Positions 19,245 through 29,561 of a stretch of DNA of 64,000 nt are shown here, piece after piece; position 1 is the first letter of the stretch, and each line of letters opens with the position of its first letter. The DNA is taken from the IMG/VR virus record IMGVR_UViG_3300030616_000016, positions 62,001 to 126,000 of that record; one strand, given 5' to 3'. Under the pieces are notes generated by a model, which did no database searches, had not been told where the DNA came from, and saw nothing but the letters and a program-made list of their open reading frames with translations. The translations under genes and the position numbers were made by a program.

Positions 19245-19460
19245 CTACTTGCCGCCATCAACCTTCTGCTGCAGAACGACGATGTCGCCGTTATCCAGGA
19301 CTGTGTCGAGGTCAGCAGCGTCGCCGTTTACACGGACTTTACGACTGCCCAGCTCAACTCCAGCTGTTGCAAGAAGGTTCGCGACGGTTGCGTTTGCCGG
19401 AGTGAGGCTGTAAGTCTTAACTTCGCCTTCACCCTGAGCCAGCTGTACACATGTAACCAT
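19245..19460 (-). CDS. Ubiquitin-like (ThiS/MoaD beta-grasp) protein ending GG-K
   Basis: MVTCVQLAQG...ATVANLLATAG...VRVNG...LDNGDIVVLQQKVDGGK*; AAGGAG RBS before ATG 19460. Confidence 0.85.
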   Translation of the reverse strand: MVTCVQLAQGEGEVKTYSLTPANATVANLLATAGVELGSRKVRVNGDAADLDTVLDNGDIVVLQQKVDGGK

Positions 19461-19499
19461 TGCAGAACTCCTTAAATAGGGTTCATGTTTTGTCAACGT

Positions 19500-20174
19500 T
19501 CAACTACAAGGCCACACTAGCCTGTAGTCCGCTGACCCTTTTAGAAACATTAATTCATCCATAGATAAATTATGTTCATTTGCAACTATAAATCCTATGT
19601 TTCCGTAGTCATCGAATCTCATAAGAGATATAAAGTTTTCTATTCCGAACCTATTTTTTGATTCGTTTCCACAATAAACGCAATTTGGAAATCCGTATAG
19701 CATTTTAGAACCACATAGACCACACTCTTCTTTAGACTCCAGTTTGTAAACTCTTAGTTCTTTTAGTATTCTTTCATTAATCATAAACGATTGTTGCCCA
19801 AGTTTTACCTCTGTACGTTCATGCAAATCTACAAGAGCATCAAATGGAATTCGATTGATCCAGTAATTTAATGGTCTTAAGCTAGCTGTTCTATTTCTAT
19901 ATATAAGTAAGTTAACTAGTATTTTGTCTGCACATATGGGAGAGCCTTCTTTAAAAATATATCCCATAATTTTATTAGTTCCAATAACATTTCTAGAGCT
20001 TCCAATTTCTGGCACTGCTAATGTTAAGCGATTTGGGCTTAGGACTATATCCCATTTCTTTGATAAATCTTGAGGCTCGTCTGGGTTGTGAGGAGTTATA
20101 TGCGCCAGCTTTTCTTCTATAGCTCCACGAAATATTGAGCTTTTTCTTCGCTCTAGACATTGCGACATATACAA
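19500..20174 (-). CDS. Hypothetical protein with double zinc ribbon (start may be downstream)
   Basis: CGLCG...CVYCG; the 5' end overlaps the UvrD gene by about 180 nt. Confidence 0.55.
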   Translation of the reverse strand: MYMSQCLERRKSSIFRGAIEEKLAHITPHNPDEPQDLSKKWDIVLSPNRLTLAVPEIGSSRNVIGTNKIMGYIFKEGSPICADKILVNLLIYRNRTASLRPLNYWINRIPFDALVDLHERTEVKLGQQSFMINERILKELRVYKLESKEECGLCGSKMLYGFPNCVYCGNESKNRFGIENFISLMRFDDYGNIGFIVANEHNLSMDELMFLKGSADYRLVWPCS

Positions 20175-21735
20175 CTCTCCTTTCGGACTCTATTTCGTCT
20201 TCTTCTACCATTGTGCATGGATAGTATCCTTCTTCCATCCCGCACATATAAACAATATCAAACTCAAGTCCCTTTACTCCGTGAACAGTAGCTATAGTCA
20301 CATCTCCTGCATCGTTATCTGAGTTGCTTGTAAGTTTGATCTTATTTACTAGGTCAATCATTGAGTCACAAGAGTCAGACATATAATCTATAATTTCATA
20401 TAAGGATATCTGATACTTACTCTCGTCCATTTCATCAAGGAGTTTACAAGCATCTTTGACTCCTTGCATATCATTGTTTAGGATCTTGTCTATTATCTCT
20501 ACTATGTCCTCATTATCAACAAGAATTTTAGATTTTTCTTGGCTATTTTCTCTGTTAATAAATTGGTTAAGAAATCGTTTGCCTAATCCTCTTTTCAAGT
20601 ATGCAAGAAATTGTGAGGTTCTTTCTATATTGATTCCGTCTTCTTTATTAATAGGATGAAGCCCACATATAAGATCAATAAGTCTTTTTGTCTTACCTCT
20701 TTCTGATAGTGACAGTCCACCTATTCTAGTATATGGTATAGCACGTTGATCAAAATATATAGCTACAGTATCTAGTTGTCTATGTGTACGACCTAATATA
20801 GCCACTGAATTGCCAGCTTCCATATATCTTTGTATGTCTCGTGCCAAAAACTGATTCTCATCAGATTCTGAGTTGAATGGATAGAAATCAACATTAGGTA
20901 TACTAGCTTCTTCTGCAGTAATTTCACTGCTATAAGTATCTGCATTGCAGGATATTAGTTTATTACAATATCCAGCAATATGATTGTCAAATCTCCATGT
21001 ATATGATAATGGAAGTACTTTGGCGCCTGATTCTTTTATGAGCATTTCTGTATTTTCGTAACATGCACCACGAAATTGGTACAAGCACTGATTTTGGTCG
21101 CCTACTACTGTGAATCCTCTGTTAAAATCATACGTAAGTTCTTTAACCATATTGTATTGAACAGTGTTGGTATCTTGCCATTCATCCACAATAATTCCAT
21201 CGCAACCTACGTCTCTCATATATTCTATGGAGTCGTAAAGAAGATCACTGAAGTCTTTGACATGGTTCTTTAGCTTGGTAGTTTTGTATATCTTAGCGAG
21301 AGAATCTAAGCTGTCTTGTACTGACAGATTATTTACTTCTACATTATTTTGAAGCTTAATCTTTGCAGCTTCAAGTAAAAGCTTATAGATATCACTGTCA
21401 GGAGAGTATCCCATTTTCTTTATACAGCTTCTTATCAACTCTGTAGATTCGTTCTGGTCAATAATCTCGAATTCTTGTTTGTTATTCTTGAGGAGTTGTA
21501 AGCCCAAGCCATGGAATGTTCCAATGAAAACAGCATTGTTCCCAGTTAGTCTACTTGTAAGTTCTTTTGCTGCCTTATTAGTAAATGTAATAGCAACGAA
21601 CTTGTAATCTATATCAGCAACACCATAAGCTAATGTGGTTGTTTTGCCACTGCCAGGCGCAGCCATAACTACGTTTTTGTTGGCTGGGTCTTTCATATGC
21701 AAGATAATTGCTTGCTGTTCTTCAGTTGGATTCAT
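19993..21735 (-). CDS. uvrD: UvrD/Rep/PcrA-family SF1 helicase
   Basis: AAPGSGKTT, ITFTNKAA, VDEWQDTN, VGDQNQCLYQFRGA, TVHGVKGLEF, ERRVVYVAMSRAK. Confidence 0.92.
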   Translation of the reverse strand: MNPTEEQQAIILHMKDPANKNVVMAAPGSGKTTTLAYGVADIDYKFVAITFTNKAAKELTSRLTGNNAVFIGTFHGLGLQLLKNNKQEFEIIDQNESTELIRSCIKKMGYSPDSDIYKLLLEAAKIKLQNNVEVNNLSVQDSLDSLAKIYKTTKLKNHVKDFSDLLYDSIEYMRDVGCDGIIVDEWQDTNTVQYNMVKELTYDFNRGFTVVGDQNQCLYQFRGACYENTEMLIKESGAKVLPLSYTWRFDNHIAGYCNKLISCNADTYSSEITAEEASIPNVDFYPFNSESDENQFLARDIQRYMEAGNSVAILGRTHRQLDTVAIYFDQRAIPYTRIGGLSLSERGKTKRLIDLICGLHPINKEDGINIERTSQFLAYLKRGLGKRFLNQFINRENSQEKSKILVDNEDIVEIIDKILNNDMQGVKDACKLLDEMDESKYQISLYEIIDYMSDSCDSMIDLVNKIKLTSNSDNDAGDVTIATVHGVKGLEFDIVYMCGMEEGYYPCTMVEEDEIESERRVVYVAMSRAKKKLNISWSYRRKAGAYNSSQPRRASRFIKEMGYSPKPKSLNISSARNWKL

Positions 21736-21739
21736 ATTA

Positions 21740-21994
21740 TTAGTCTGTTGTAGTGTTAAGGTGGTATTCAATCTCATCAGTAATGGATTTGGTGTCTTTA
21801 TGCAGCGTTTGTTCTCCCTTAATACTGAGTTTGTACTTATTTCTTTTCTTTGGATCTGCATATTTTGTTATAGAGATGCTTATGCGTTCATCTTTCTTTT
21901 GTGCTTGTTCTTGCGGCTGTTGTGTTTGTTCTGTTACATCACCTGGCATTTTAATATATCTCCTAATTTGTCTAGGTCTGATAAAAGATCCCAT
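21740..21994 (-). CDS. Small hypothetical protein (likely start MPGDV)
   Basis: ORF track. Confidence 0.5.
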   Translation of the reverse strand: MGSFIRPRQIRRYIKMPGDVTEQTQQPQEQAQKKDERISISITKYADPKKRNKYKLSIKGEQTLHKDTKSITDEIEYHLNTTTD

Positions 21995-22647
21995 TGTTTA
22001 AACATATGAAGGTCATTTATTAGTATTTTTTTACCACAGTAATAACATTCTGTAAAGTATTCTGTGTGTGGACCAATTAATTTGTAGCGCAATATACCAT
22101 CATTAAATAAATTATATGAAGCACATGAAGGACATAGGTATGGAATTAGTGCTAACATTGTTGATAGTATATTACCACGTTTTATACGAGCTGGATTTGA
22201 TTTGTATATTGTTGTAAAACCAACTACTGAATTTAATAATGATCGAGACATAGCCCCAGATGAATTTCTTCTTAATTCTTCTAGTATTGCTGTTTTTGAG
22301 TTTATTACTATGCGTTGACATGCAATACTAATACGTTGAACAGAATCATAATGCATATAATCTGGATATATAGGTGGTATCTTTATCTCTGACATAGTTC
22401 CAATCATTTGTTCAATGATAGGTGTAACTGACCAGTTATACAAATCTCTTCCTACTAAAGAGCATCTTGTTATAGCACATGGAGGAACATATACATGTTT
22501 TTGATAACCGGGCGACAAATTATTAGTCATAGCTTTTGTAATGTCAGCATATGATACAGTAGGCACTGTCCATTTAGGGAGTATAGTGTTTTTAAGTTCT
22601 AGTGTGGAACAGATTGCTTTATTAAGACAGTTTATACATGGATGCAT
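21934..22647 (-). CDS. Hypothetical cysteine-containing protein
   Basis: CINC, CPSC...CYYCG. Confidence 0.6.
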   Translation of the reverse strand: MHPCINCLNKAICSTLELKNTILPKWTVPTVSYADITKAMTNNLSPGYQKHVYVPPCAITRCSLVGRDLYNWSVTPIIEQMIGTMSEIKIPPIYPDYMHYDSVQRISIACQRIVINSKTAILEELRRNSSGAMSRSLLNSVVGFTTIYKSNPARIKRGNILSTMLALIPYLCPSCASYNLFNDGILRYKLIGPHTEYFTECYYCGKKILINDLHMFKQWDLLSDLDKLGDILKCQVM

Positions 22648-22667
22648 TGCTCTTTTCTCACAGAATA

Positions 22668-23135
22668 TTATTTAGATGTCTCGTATATTGCTTTGATGTC
22701 TATGTTTGATGAGTCTTCCAATAGTAATTTTACTAGTCCTATTTTATTCTTGCTGTTAAATGAAGACATGATTGCTTTAAGTATATTATCATTGTATGCG
22801 CCACAAAATTGGCATATAATCGAGCTTCCCAGACACATACAATTTGAACATCTTTCTGTAAGTTTAGATGTAATACTTATATAATCGCGTGATATTGTTA
22901 CTGGCAAGCAACCACAACTATCTATTGCCAAAATATCATAAGTATCGTTGTCTATGTATCCAACTATTATTTTTTTTGCACGCATAAATTCTTTATATAT
23001 AAGGAGATTATAAGCATTATGTTCTACTTCAAATGGTATTAATATACTATCACTGTCTTGTAAGGGTTTTGTAGACCCTTCAGAAAGTGTAAGCCCAGTG
23101 AATAATATACGATCAAAACGACACGATTTACTCAT
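22668..23135 (-). CDS. Hypothetical protein with zinc ribbon
   Basis: CSNC...CQFCG; 4-nt overlap with the E1 gene. Confidence 0.6.
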   Translation of the reverse strand: MSKSCRFDRILFTGLTLSEGSTKPLQDSDSILIPFEVEHNAYNLLIYKEFMRAKKIIVGYIDNDTYDILAIDSCGCLPVTISRDYISITSKLTERCSNCMCLGSSIICQFCGAYNDNILKAIMSSFNSKNKIGLVKLLLEDSSNIDIKAIYETSK

Positions 23136-23896
23136 GGTCTTTTATCCTTAAAGATATCCCATGTCTTGAAATTAATATCTATTCCAAATGGAATTGTTTC
23201 TTCTGTTCCATTTGCAATATGATAAATACATGAGGATATCCAGCTTGCTGTCCACATTACTGGAAATATAATGCTCTTTTCTGTACACTTGATATCAGGC
23301 ATGTCTTCATCATTATCAAGATTGTTTTCCTCGAACAGCTGAACTTCATCTGGCATGTAAGGAAGTACTGCGTATGCTTCGCATTGAGTTGCTCCAATTC
23401 TTGAGTCTATAAACATGGAAATACGAGCCATATTTTGACAACTATATTCAAACAGGAGTTGTCTTGCCTTCATGTTATCGACGGCAGAAATAATAATGTC
23501 AGCTTTTCTAGCGTATTTGTCAACATCGTCTACGCTTTCAAGTCTGTCTTTATGAAATTCCCACTCCCAGTTGGGCTTTGAATATCCGCTTATAATCTTT
23601 TCAAGTTCAGCTACTTTTAGGGCTCCAGTTTGCCGCCAATTATAAATTTGGTTTGCCTGATTATGGACTTCAATTGAATCAAAGTCTACAATAGTACATT
23701 TGGTGATACCCATTTTTGCCATAGCAACTGCAGCAAATGAACCTATGCTTCCAGCTCCAAGCATAAATACATTAAGCTTCATCAGCTTATCAATGTCAAC
23801 TAGATCAAAGTGACCTTTATAAATTTCTTCATTCTCATTGAATACAAATTCTTCTTCCTGGTTAGACATTGAGTAATTCCTTTCTGGTCTACTCAC
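23132..23896 (-). CDS. ThiF/MoeB/E1-family adenylating enzyme
   Basis: LGAGSIGS, VDFDSIEVHNQANQ, ISAVDNMKAR, DSRIG; C-terminal Cys in IKCTEKS. Confidence 0.9.
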   Translation of the reverse strand: MSRPERNYSMSNQEEEFVFNENEEIYKGHFDLVDIDKLMKLNVFMLGAGSIGSFAAVAMAKMGITKCTIVDFDSIEVHNQANQIYNWRQTGALKVAELEKIISGYSKPNWEWEFHKDRLESVDDVDKYARKADIIISAVDNMKARQLLFEYSCQNMARISMFIDSRIGATQCEAYAVLPYMPDEVQLFEENNLDNDEDMPDIKCTEKSIIFPVMWTASWISSCIYHIANGTEETIPFGIDINFKTWDIFKDKRP

Positions 23897-24602
23897 CGAA
23901 TATTGATTGCATCGAAAAGTATGTATAACATACTAGCTCATATTCCTGAATCCATTCTTCTCTTTTTGTTCCGCTTTTATCTCTTATGATGTAGCTCGGA
24001 TGATAAAGACAGATTATTGGAATATCATTATTGTTATTGTTATAGTAAAATGTTTCTCCAACTAAATCTCCCATTTTAGTTGTAGTATTTACATCTTTTA
24101 TTAATGCTATAGCTGATTGTTTGCCAAGGCAAACAATCAACCATGGATCCAGTATTTCTAATTCTTTGTGAAGAAATGGAATACATTCTTCAACACAGTC
24201 TGTGGGTGGAGGACAAGTTTTCTCACCTTGCCTGAATGGTTTGCATCTGGCTATGTTTGTTAAGTAGCATTCTGATGCTGGCAATTCGGCGGCTTCTGTC
24301 ATCTCATTGAGTTCTTGTCCAGCTGGACCACAAAATGGGATGCCTTGGCTATCTTCCTGGGCCCCAGGAGATTCGCCGATAAAAACTATGTTGTATCGGT
24401 AGCTTCCTCTGCTAAAAACAGGACTAGATGCTATATTTCTTAGTCTGCATTTTGTGCAGTCTAGTACGTCCTGTTCTAAGTCTTGGAGCTGACTTTCTTT
24501 ACTTATATTTTGAGTATCTCCAGACATTTTGCGTAAATCCACTAGGGGTTTTGAGTCTAATGCGCTCTTTGTCAATACTGACAATCTCTGAGCCTGGTAC
24601 AA
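23889..24602 (-). CDS. Uracil-DNA glycosylase family 4 (Fe-S)
   Basis: CTKCRL, IGESPGAQED, PFCGPAG, TNIARCKP, YHPSY. Confidence 0.92.
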   Translation of the reverse strand: MYQAQRLSVLTKSALDSKPLVDLRKMSGDTQNISKESQLQDLEQDVLDCTKCRLRNIASSPVFSRGSYRYNIVFIGESPGAQEDSQGIPFCGPAGQELNEMTEAAELPASECYLTNIARCKPFRQGEKTCPPPTDCVEECIPFLHKELEILDPWLIVCLGKQSAIALIKDVNTTTKMGDLVGETFYYNNNNNDIPIICLYHPSYIIRDKSGTKREEWIQEYELVCYTYFSMQSIFGE

Positions 24603-24945
24603 AGAGCTGGGCTAGGCTCATTTCAGTATACTTTGTTGAAGTTTTGGTAAGCTCTTCTTCTGACCAACCAAACTCCTTAGCCTTTGATACAGCTTCAACA
24701 AACTCACTGTCATTATATACATCAGGATTGTATTCTATATCACCGACATCAACTACCTGACATATGATATTCTTAATCCTTGACTTGATGAATTTTGCAT
24801 CGTCGTTCATATGAATATCTTCTAGTTTACTACACATGACAAGCAAGTCACCGCATAGATTCCATGCGGGACTTGCTTGCAGTGTTTCTAGATTTGATTC
24901 TGACAGTGGAAGTATTTGCGTGATCTTTTCAGCTATAGCTTCCAT
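24499..24945 (-). CDS. Hypothetical protein
   Basis: ORF track; AGGA RBS; overlaps the 5' extension of the UDG ORF. Confidence 0.55.
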   Translation of the reverse strand: MEAIAEKITQILPLSESNLETLQASPAWNLCGDLLVMCSKLEDIHMNDDAKFIKSRIKNIICQVVDVGDIEYNPDVYNDSEFVEAVSKAKEFGWSEEELTKTSTKYTEMSLAQLFVPGSEIVSIDKERIRLKTPSGFTQNVWRYSKYK

Positions 24946-24956
24946 GTTGTCCTTTC

Positions 24957-25439
24957 CTAGTCGATAACGATATAATCAGAATCGACTACTTCATCTGTTT
25001 CGGGGTCAAGAATGTCAACCTTCTGCAATTTGTCCTTGTCAGAAGTATAGCCGTTTATGGCTTTGTAAATCTTGCGTGTACCCCTCTGAATGGGATTGGC
25101 CATATCTGTGCTTGTATCAAGACGCCGGCTTCCAATTGCTTTTAGCAGACCGCTAATCGAAATACAGCCAGAGTTGTCAATCAGCTCATGATTACCAATA
25201 CCAAGCACTTTTCTAAGTGCATCTTCTTCAATGATAAACTCACTATCATTGATCCTGACAGTTGCAACTACCTCCTTATAAGGAAAGAGGAAGAACAAAC
25301 CGTCACCTGTTTCTGCATCCTGGATAAGTACAAAGGCATTCTTGCCTATGGGTACAATTGTTACATCTTCCCAACCATACTCATCAAGGACTGTTTGGAT
25401 GTCAATATTCTCATCCATTACTAACTCCCTTCTGGACAT
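24957..25439 (-). CDS. Possible Bro-N-like DNA-binding protein
   Basis: EDALRKVLGIGN and ISISGLLKAIGSR loosely match Bro-N patterns. Confidence 0.4.
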   Translation of the reverse strand: MSRRELVMDENIDIQTVLDEYGWEDVTIVPIGKNAFVLIQDAETGDGLFFLFPYKEVVATVRINDSEFIIEEDALRKVLGIGNHELIDNSGCISISGLLKAIGSRRLDTSTDMANPIQRGTRKIYKAINGYTSDKDKLQKVDILDPETDEVVDSDYIVID

Positions 25440-25463
25440 GTTAATTAATCACAGCGCGCATTC

Positions 25464-27221
25464 TCATGAATGCTTCCAAGCGCTGTATGAGATATCAATT
25501 ATCTCTGTATCTAATATTTCGTTGGCCACTTGTTGTAAAACAAGTCTTGCAGGTAAGAAAGGTTTTAGCCTATTAAATGGCAGGCCTAAATTAACCTCAA
25601 TAATTCCGTTGGAATATTTATATTCAGCTGACTGAATCACATGATAAACCTTAGGAGTTACAAGGTTTTTAACTGAATATACTATTTTGTTTATTGTTTC
25701 CTTTTTGTTTGACGACATTATAGTATTGATTCTTTTAATTTCATCCAGTATAACACTTGAACTTTCAGTGTTTCTTCTTACTGGTGGCAATTCTCTAAAT
25801 GGTATTATTTCTGCAGGATATTGTCTATCGAATCCTAAGATGGTACTATTTAGAGATTTAGATACCTTCTTCCAGTTAGATAGGCTAAAGCCTGCAGGTG
25901 AACCATAGACTGTATAGAATAGATATACATCTCCGTTCTTAATCTTTCTAGACAGGCTCATGATATGATCTTGCCATAACAGTATTGCTTCCATTTTTTG
26001 CTGGCTAAGAGGCATGACATAGTTTTCTTCAAAGCTTCTGAATTTGATTACACCTACTACCTGAGTGCTAGATATATCAAACTTGGATAGTAGCTTTTTG
26101 TAGTCTATATCATTCTCTTCTGCGAATTTGTGTGCTCTTTCGTCACTCTTGCGTACAACTTCTACATCAATATTATGACCAAGTTCTTCCATAGACCATC
26201 GTTCTGACATAACGCCATAGTGTTTGTCAGAATCGACTACGTCGATAATATTGAACGACTTCTTGGTTTCTGTGATTCTAGCACCCCTGCCAATACACTG
26301 CATATACAGAACTTTAGAGGCTGTAGGCCTACCAAGAACTATTGTATCTATATCTGGTACATCTACACCCTCTGTATATATCTCACAGTTTATAAGGGTC
26401 TGAATTTTACCTTTGTAAAATGCCTCATTAATTTCTCTTCGTTCTTTTTTGGTATTCTCTTGAGATATCATTACAGGATTAAACTCTTCGAGTTCTTCAA
26501 GTAATGATTTGGCGTGAGTATTATCTACTGCGAATATAAGGGTCTTTCCTAAATATTCTGCGTCTCTCATGCCTTGTAGAATAGCCTTATTTCTTGCTTC
26601 GCTATTGACTTGCTTTAATGATTCTCTGGTAAATCTACCATTGACTTTCTTTAAGTCTAGTTTAATGCCAGTTCTTACTATATTGTATGAAGGTTTTGCG
26701 AGCCAGCCTTTTTCAACCATGTCATAGAATGTGCGTTGATAAGAAATAGAATCGAATCCTAGGTCTTTACCGTCTAATCTGGTTGGAGTTGCTGTAAGTC
26801 CTAGGATACGATTCCATTTAATTCTTTGAATTATGCCATCATCTCCTGATATGCTTGGCATAGGGAAATGATGTGCTTCGTCACATACTATAGTATCGAC
26901 TTCAGGAAGTTCATTATGTAATTCTGATGTAGATAGTATACTGGCGATTATGATATCTCCGCCAGCATCTTTCTCATCGGCATTCCATATTGTCACTTTA
27001 GAACCAAGAGACTCGAATGCACCATAGGCTTGAGATATTAGCTCATTTCTGTGTGCAAGCCAAAGAGTTTTTCTCTTCTTTGCATGAATCCAAGATGCCG
27101 CTGTAAATGTCTTACCTGTTCCAGTTGGAAGACATAACAGTGATTTCTTTCCAGGCTTGAGCTTCTTACTCATAGCTTTATGTGCTTCTTTTTGATAATC
27201 TCTTAGTTGTTTCTTAGCCAA
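25464..27221 (-). CDS. Superfamily II (DEAH) helicase
   Basis: LRDYQ, LPTGTGKT, DEAHH, GLTATP, TEGVDVP, QCIGRGAR. Confidence 0.93.
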   Translation of the reverse strand: MAKKQLRDYQKEAHKAMSKKLKPGKKSLLCLPTGTGKTFTAASWIHAKKRKTLWLAHRNELISQAYGAFESLGSKVTIWNADEKDAGGDIIIASILSTSELHNELPEVDTIVCDEAHHFPMPSISGDDGIIQRIKWNRILGLTATPTRLDGKDLGFDSISYQRTFYDMVEKGWLAKPSYNIVRTGIKLDLKKVNGRFTRESLKQVNSEARNKAILQGMRDAEYLGKTLIFAVDNTHAKSLLEELEEFNPVMISQENTKKERREINEAFYKGKIQTLINCEIYTEGVDVPDIDTIVLGRPTASKVLYMQCIGRGARITETKKSFNIIDVVDSDKHYGVMSERWSMEELGHNIDVEVVRKSDERAHKFAEENDIDYKKLLSKFDISSTQVVGVIKFRSFEENYVMPLSQQKMEAILLWQDHIMSLSRKIKNGDVYLFYTVYGSPAGFSLSNWKKVSKSLNSTILGFDRQYPAEIIPFRELPPVRRNTESSSVILDEIKRINTIMSSNKKETINKIVYSVKNLVTPKVYHVIQSAEYKYSNGIIEVNLGLPFNRLKPFLPARLVLQQVANEILDTEIIDISYSAWKHS

Positions 27222-27222
27222 G

Positions 27223-27567
27223 CTATGCTCCCTGTATTATCTGTCGTACAGTGAGACAACATGCCTTTCTGAAAGATATTTTACCATGTTTATTGACAAC
27301 TTCACTAAACGCAGGCCTAAAAATCTTGTCTCGAAAGTGGACTGCTGCCTCAATACTATCAAATGGAACCGGTATCATAGTAACTACAGGCTCATTGATA
27401 ATAATGTAGTTTTGACCTTCTTCCTCAATAATACAACTGGATATACTAGTGTTACCAGTGATTATTATATTATCCTGATCGTTCTTTGGCATAAGGATCC
27501 TCCGGGTCGACTGCCAGGCTGAATCTTGGTCTGTTGCCGCTCTGGTCTCTGTTTTCAAACAAGGCAA
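27223..27567 (-). CDS. Hypothetical protein
   Basis: ORF track. Confidence 0.45.
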   Translation of the reverse strand: MPCLKTETRAATDQDSAWQSTRRILMPKNDQDNIIITGNTSISSCIIEEEGQNYIIINEPVVTMIPVPFDSIEAAVHFRDKIFRPAFSEVVNKHGKISFRKACCLTVRQIIQGA

Positions 27568-27808
27568 TCTTAATTTGTTTGTTGTCTCTCAAAGCACCGT
27601 CAACGATGTCTTTGATTTTGTCATCGGACTCAGGGTCTTTACCAAAAAGTTCAAGTACACCACTGTGAACTGTATCACTTCTTGTTGTCCATAATGCTCC
27701 TACAAAGAGCTTATCGCTACCCTTCTGATATCCTCTGCCACGACCTCGGTCGTCATTTCTTCCTCTGTCGTCTCTTCTCGAACTACTATTGTTTCCGCGC
27801 CAGCTCAT
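27470..27808 (-). CDS. Small RG-rich protein, possibly ssDNA/RNA-binding (DUF736-like)
   Basis: RDDRGR repeats at the N-terminus, VGALW, ALFEN...NRPRF; GGAG RBS. Confidence 0.55.
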   Translation of the reverse strand: MSWRGNNSSSRRDDRGRNDDRGRGRGYQKGSDKLFVGALWTTRSDTVHSGVLELFGKDPESDDKIKDIVDGALRDNKQIKIALFENRDQSGNRPRFSLAVDPEDPYAKERSG

Positions 27809-27810
27809 AT

Positions 27811-28128
27811 TTATCCTCCTATGGTATAAAGTATAGCTGTGTCCCAGTTTGCTCCGCATACTTTACATTTGTATCCGGATGTATATAAAGGTTTTAATAT
27901 AGTTGTAGAACATGTTGCACATTTATATATTCTATTGTGACTCATATTGCCAACAGCATCTTCTTTATTTCTTCTATCCAGCTCTTCCATTACATAATTA
28001 TCAAGAGGAGCACGAAGGGGAGTATTATCTAGCCATACTAAATATGCTGTTGGTATTTGAGCTAAAAACGTGCCTTTATGCTTTCCAAAGGGTATTCTAA
28101 AGTTCTGAGCAGACATATTTGTCACCAT
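27811..28128 (-). CDS. DUF3820-like protein with C-terminal zinc ribbon
   Basis: IPFGKHKG...IPTAYLVWL; CATC...CKVCG. Confidence 0.6.
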   Translation of the reverse strand: MVTNMSAQNFRIPFGKHKGTFLAQIPTAYLVWLDNTPLRAPLDNYVMEELDRRNKEDAVGNMSHNRIYKCATCSTTILKPLYTSGYKCKVCGANWDTAILYTIGG

Positions 28129-28756
28129 TCAAGTAATCGTCTATTTTGTTTGCTTCTAGCTCAATGCCTGGTAGAAATGATGCTTGTTTTCTACTGGCAA
28201 TAAAGTCCGCTAGCTGCACAATTTTTACTTCAATATCATCACATTTTACTGCGAGATCGGCTTCAATTTTTGGTTTAGAAAATCTATACATATGGAATCT
28301 GACACACCGTGCTAGCATCATTTCAGTTACTTGAAATGAATACGTGTCTCTAAAGCTCATAATATATTCAAAACCTAGGATGCCATGCCGATAATCTGTT
28401 TTATCTTTCCACCTATGTCCATTCTTTCTTATGTCATGTACAATAGCTGCACCGACTACTGCATCTTTCATATCTCCTGGTATGTCAAAGTATGTGGCGA
28501 GCTGTCCTGCTATATACATAACTTTGATAGTATGTCTAAGCAAGCCATGCTCTCCATTATCTTCTGGTGGATGATATTTACCACTAGATGATGCAGCGGC
28601 ATAGAAGAATTGTTCATCTGCTTCTTTCAGTGCACTTGATACTAGATTTCTTATATTTTTGTCTTTTATATTGAGTACAATACGGTTAATGAAATTGTCA
28701 ATGTTCATATATTCTTCTTTCTTATTTTGATGCCCACCTATCTCTATATTTAGCAA
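28097..28756 (-). CDS. HD-domain phosphohydrolase (YhaM-like)
   Basis: AASSSGKYHP...GLLRHT, AIVHDIRK, VRFHM, LADFIASR. Confidence 0.85.
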   Translation of the reverse strand: MLNIEIGGHQNKKEEYMNIDNFINRIVLNIKDKNIRNLVSSALKEADEQFFYAAASSSGKYHPPEDNGEHGLLRHTIKVMYIAGQLATYFDIPGDMKDAVVGAAIVHDIRKNGHRWKDKTDYRHGILGFEYIMSFRDTYSFQVTEMMLARCVRFHMYRFSKPKIEADLAVKCDDIEVKIVQLADFIASRKQASFLPGIELEANKIDDYLNGDKYVCSEL

Positions 28757-29096
28757 AAGTGTTGTGCATTGCTTTATTCATTTCCTCTATTTTATGAGGC
28801 ATGTCACACAATTCATGAACAATCTTATTGTTAAAAGATTTGCCACGGAATAGCTGTAGAGTTGCTCTGATAAATATGGTTATTATTACCCATATAATAT
28901 ATAGGTATAAGAACAATTTGTCAAGCAATAATAATTTATTTGTCATCTAGTTTATTCTCAAAAGAGAAAGAAAAGCTATTATCTTTGGCGCTTGCCATAT
29001 AGAGTTCCCACTAAATATGAGACAAGCTGTAAATGATATACTCCTTAGTAGGTGTAGTTATTTACTTAGATAATAGCTTTTCATAGTAATGACAGA

Positions 29097-29411
29097 CTAT
29101 GTAGCACCAAGATCCCATGGTTCTTTTGGTGGTTCAGTCGCGTCTCCGTTAGTTACAGCTTGTAATGTTTGCTCCACATTGTGTTTAAATCTCATTGCAA
29201 ACTGACTAGGCTTAAGGCTTGTAATACCGCAAACCTTAGTTAACGCCTCCTTATAAACATTATAAATATTATCTCTTTCCTCAGAGCTAAGTATTTTGCC
29301 TTGTAATAGCGTCAGGCAGCTTACTATTTCAACCATACGTTTTAAATCTTCTTTGTCTACATAGTAATTACCTTCTAAGCTCTGCTTGTTCATAATACAG
29401 TTCCATAGCAA
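29097..29411 (-). CDS. Hypothetical protein
   Basis: ORF track. Confidence 0.55.
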   Translation of the reverse strand: MLWNCIMNKQSLEGNYYVDKEDLKRMVEIVSCLTLLQGKILSSEERDNIYNVYKEALTKVCGITSLKPSQFAMRFKHNVEQTLQAVTNGDATEPPKEPWDLGAT

Positions 29412-29464
29412 CTGGTTTTGATTTATATCCCATACTCCTTTAAAGAGTGTAAGATAAAACTTTT

Positions 29465-29492
29465 ATTATATCATAAATGTGTGTAATATCAA
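29465..29492 (-). promoter_or_regulatory. Extended -10 sigma70-like promoter
   Basis: Minus strand TTGATA-16 nt ending in TGa-TATAAT. Confidence 0.5.
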
Positions 29493-29507
29493 CCTTTATG
29501 TTTCAAA

Positions 29508-29561
29508 AAACGGGTACTTACTCTACTTCGATTAAAAAAAGAAACGGGTACTTACTCTACT
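29508..29561. repeat. Two exact 20-nt direct repeats with starts 34 nt apart
   Basis: aaacgggtacttactctact at 29508-29527 and 29542-29561. Confidence 0.9.
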
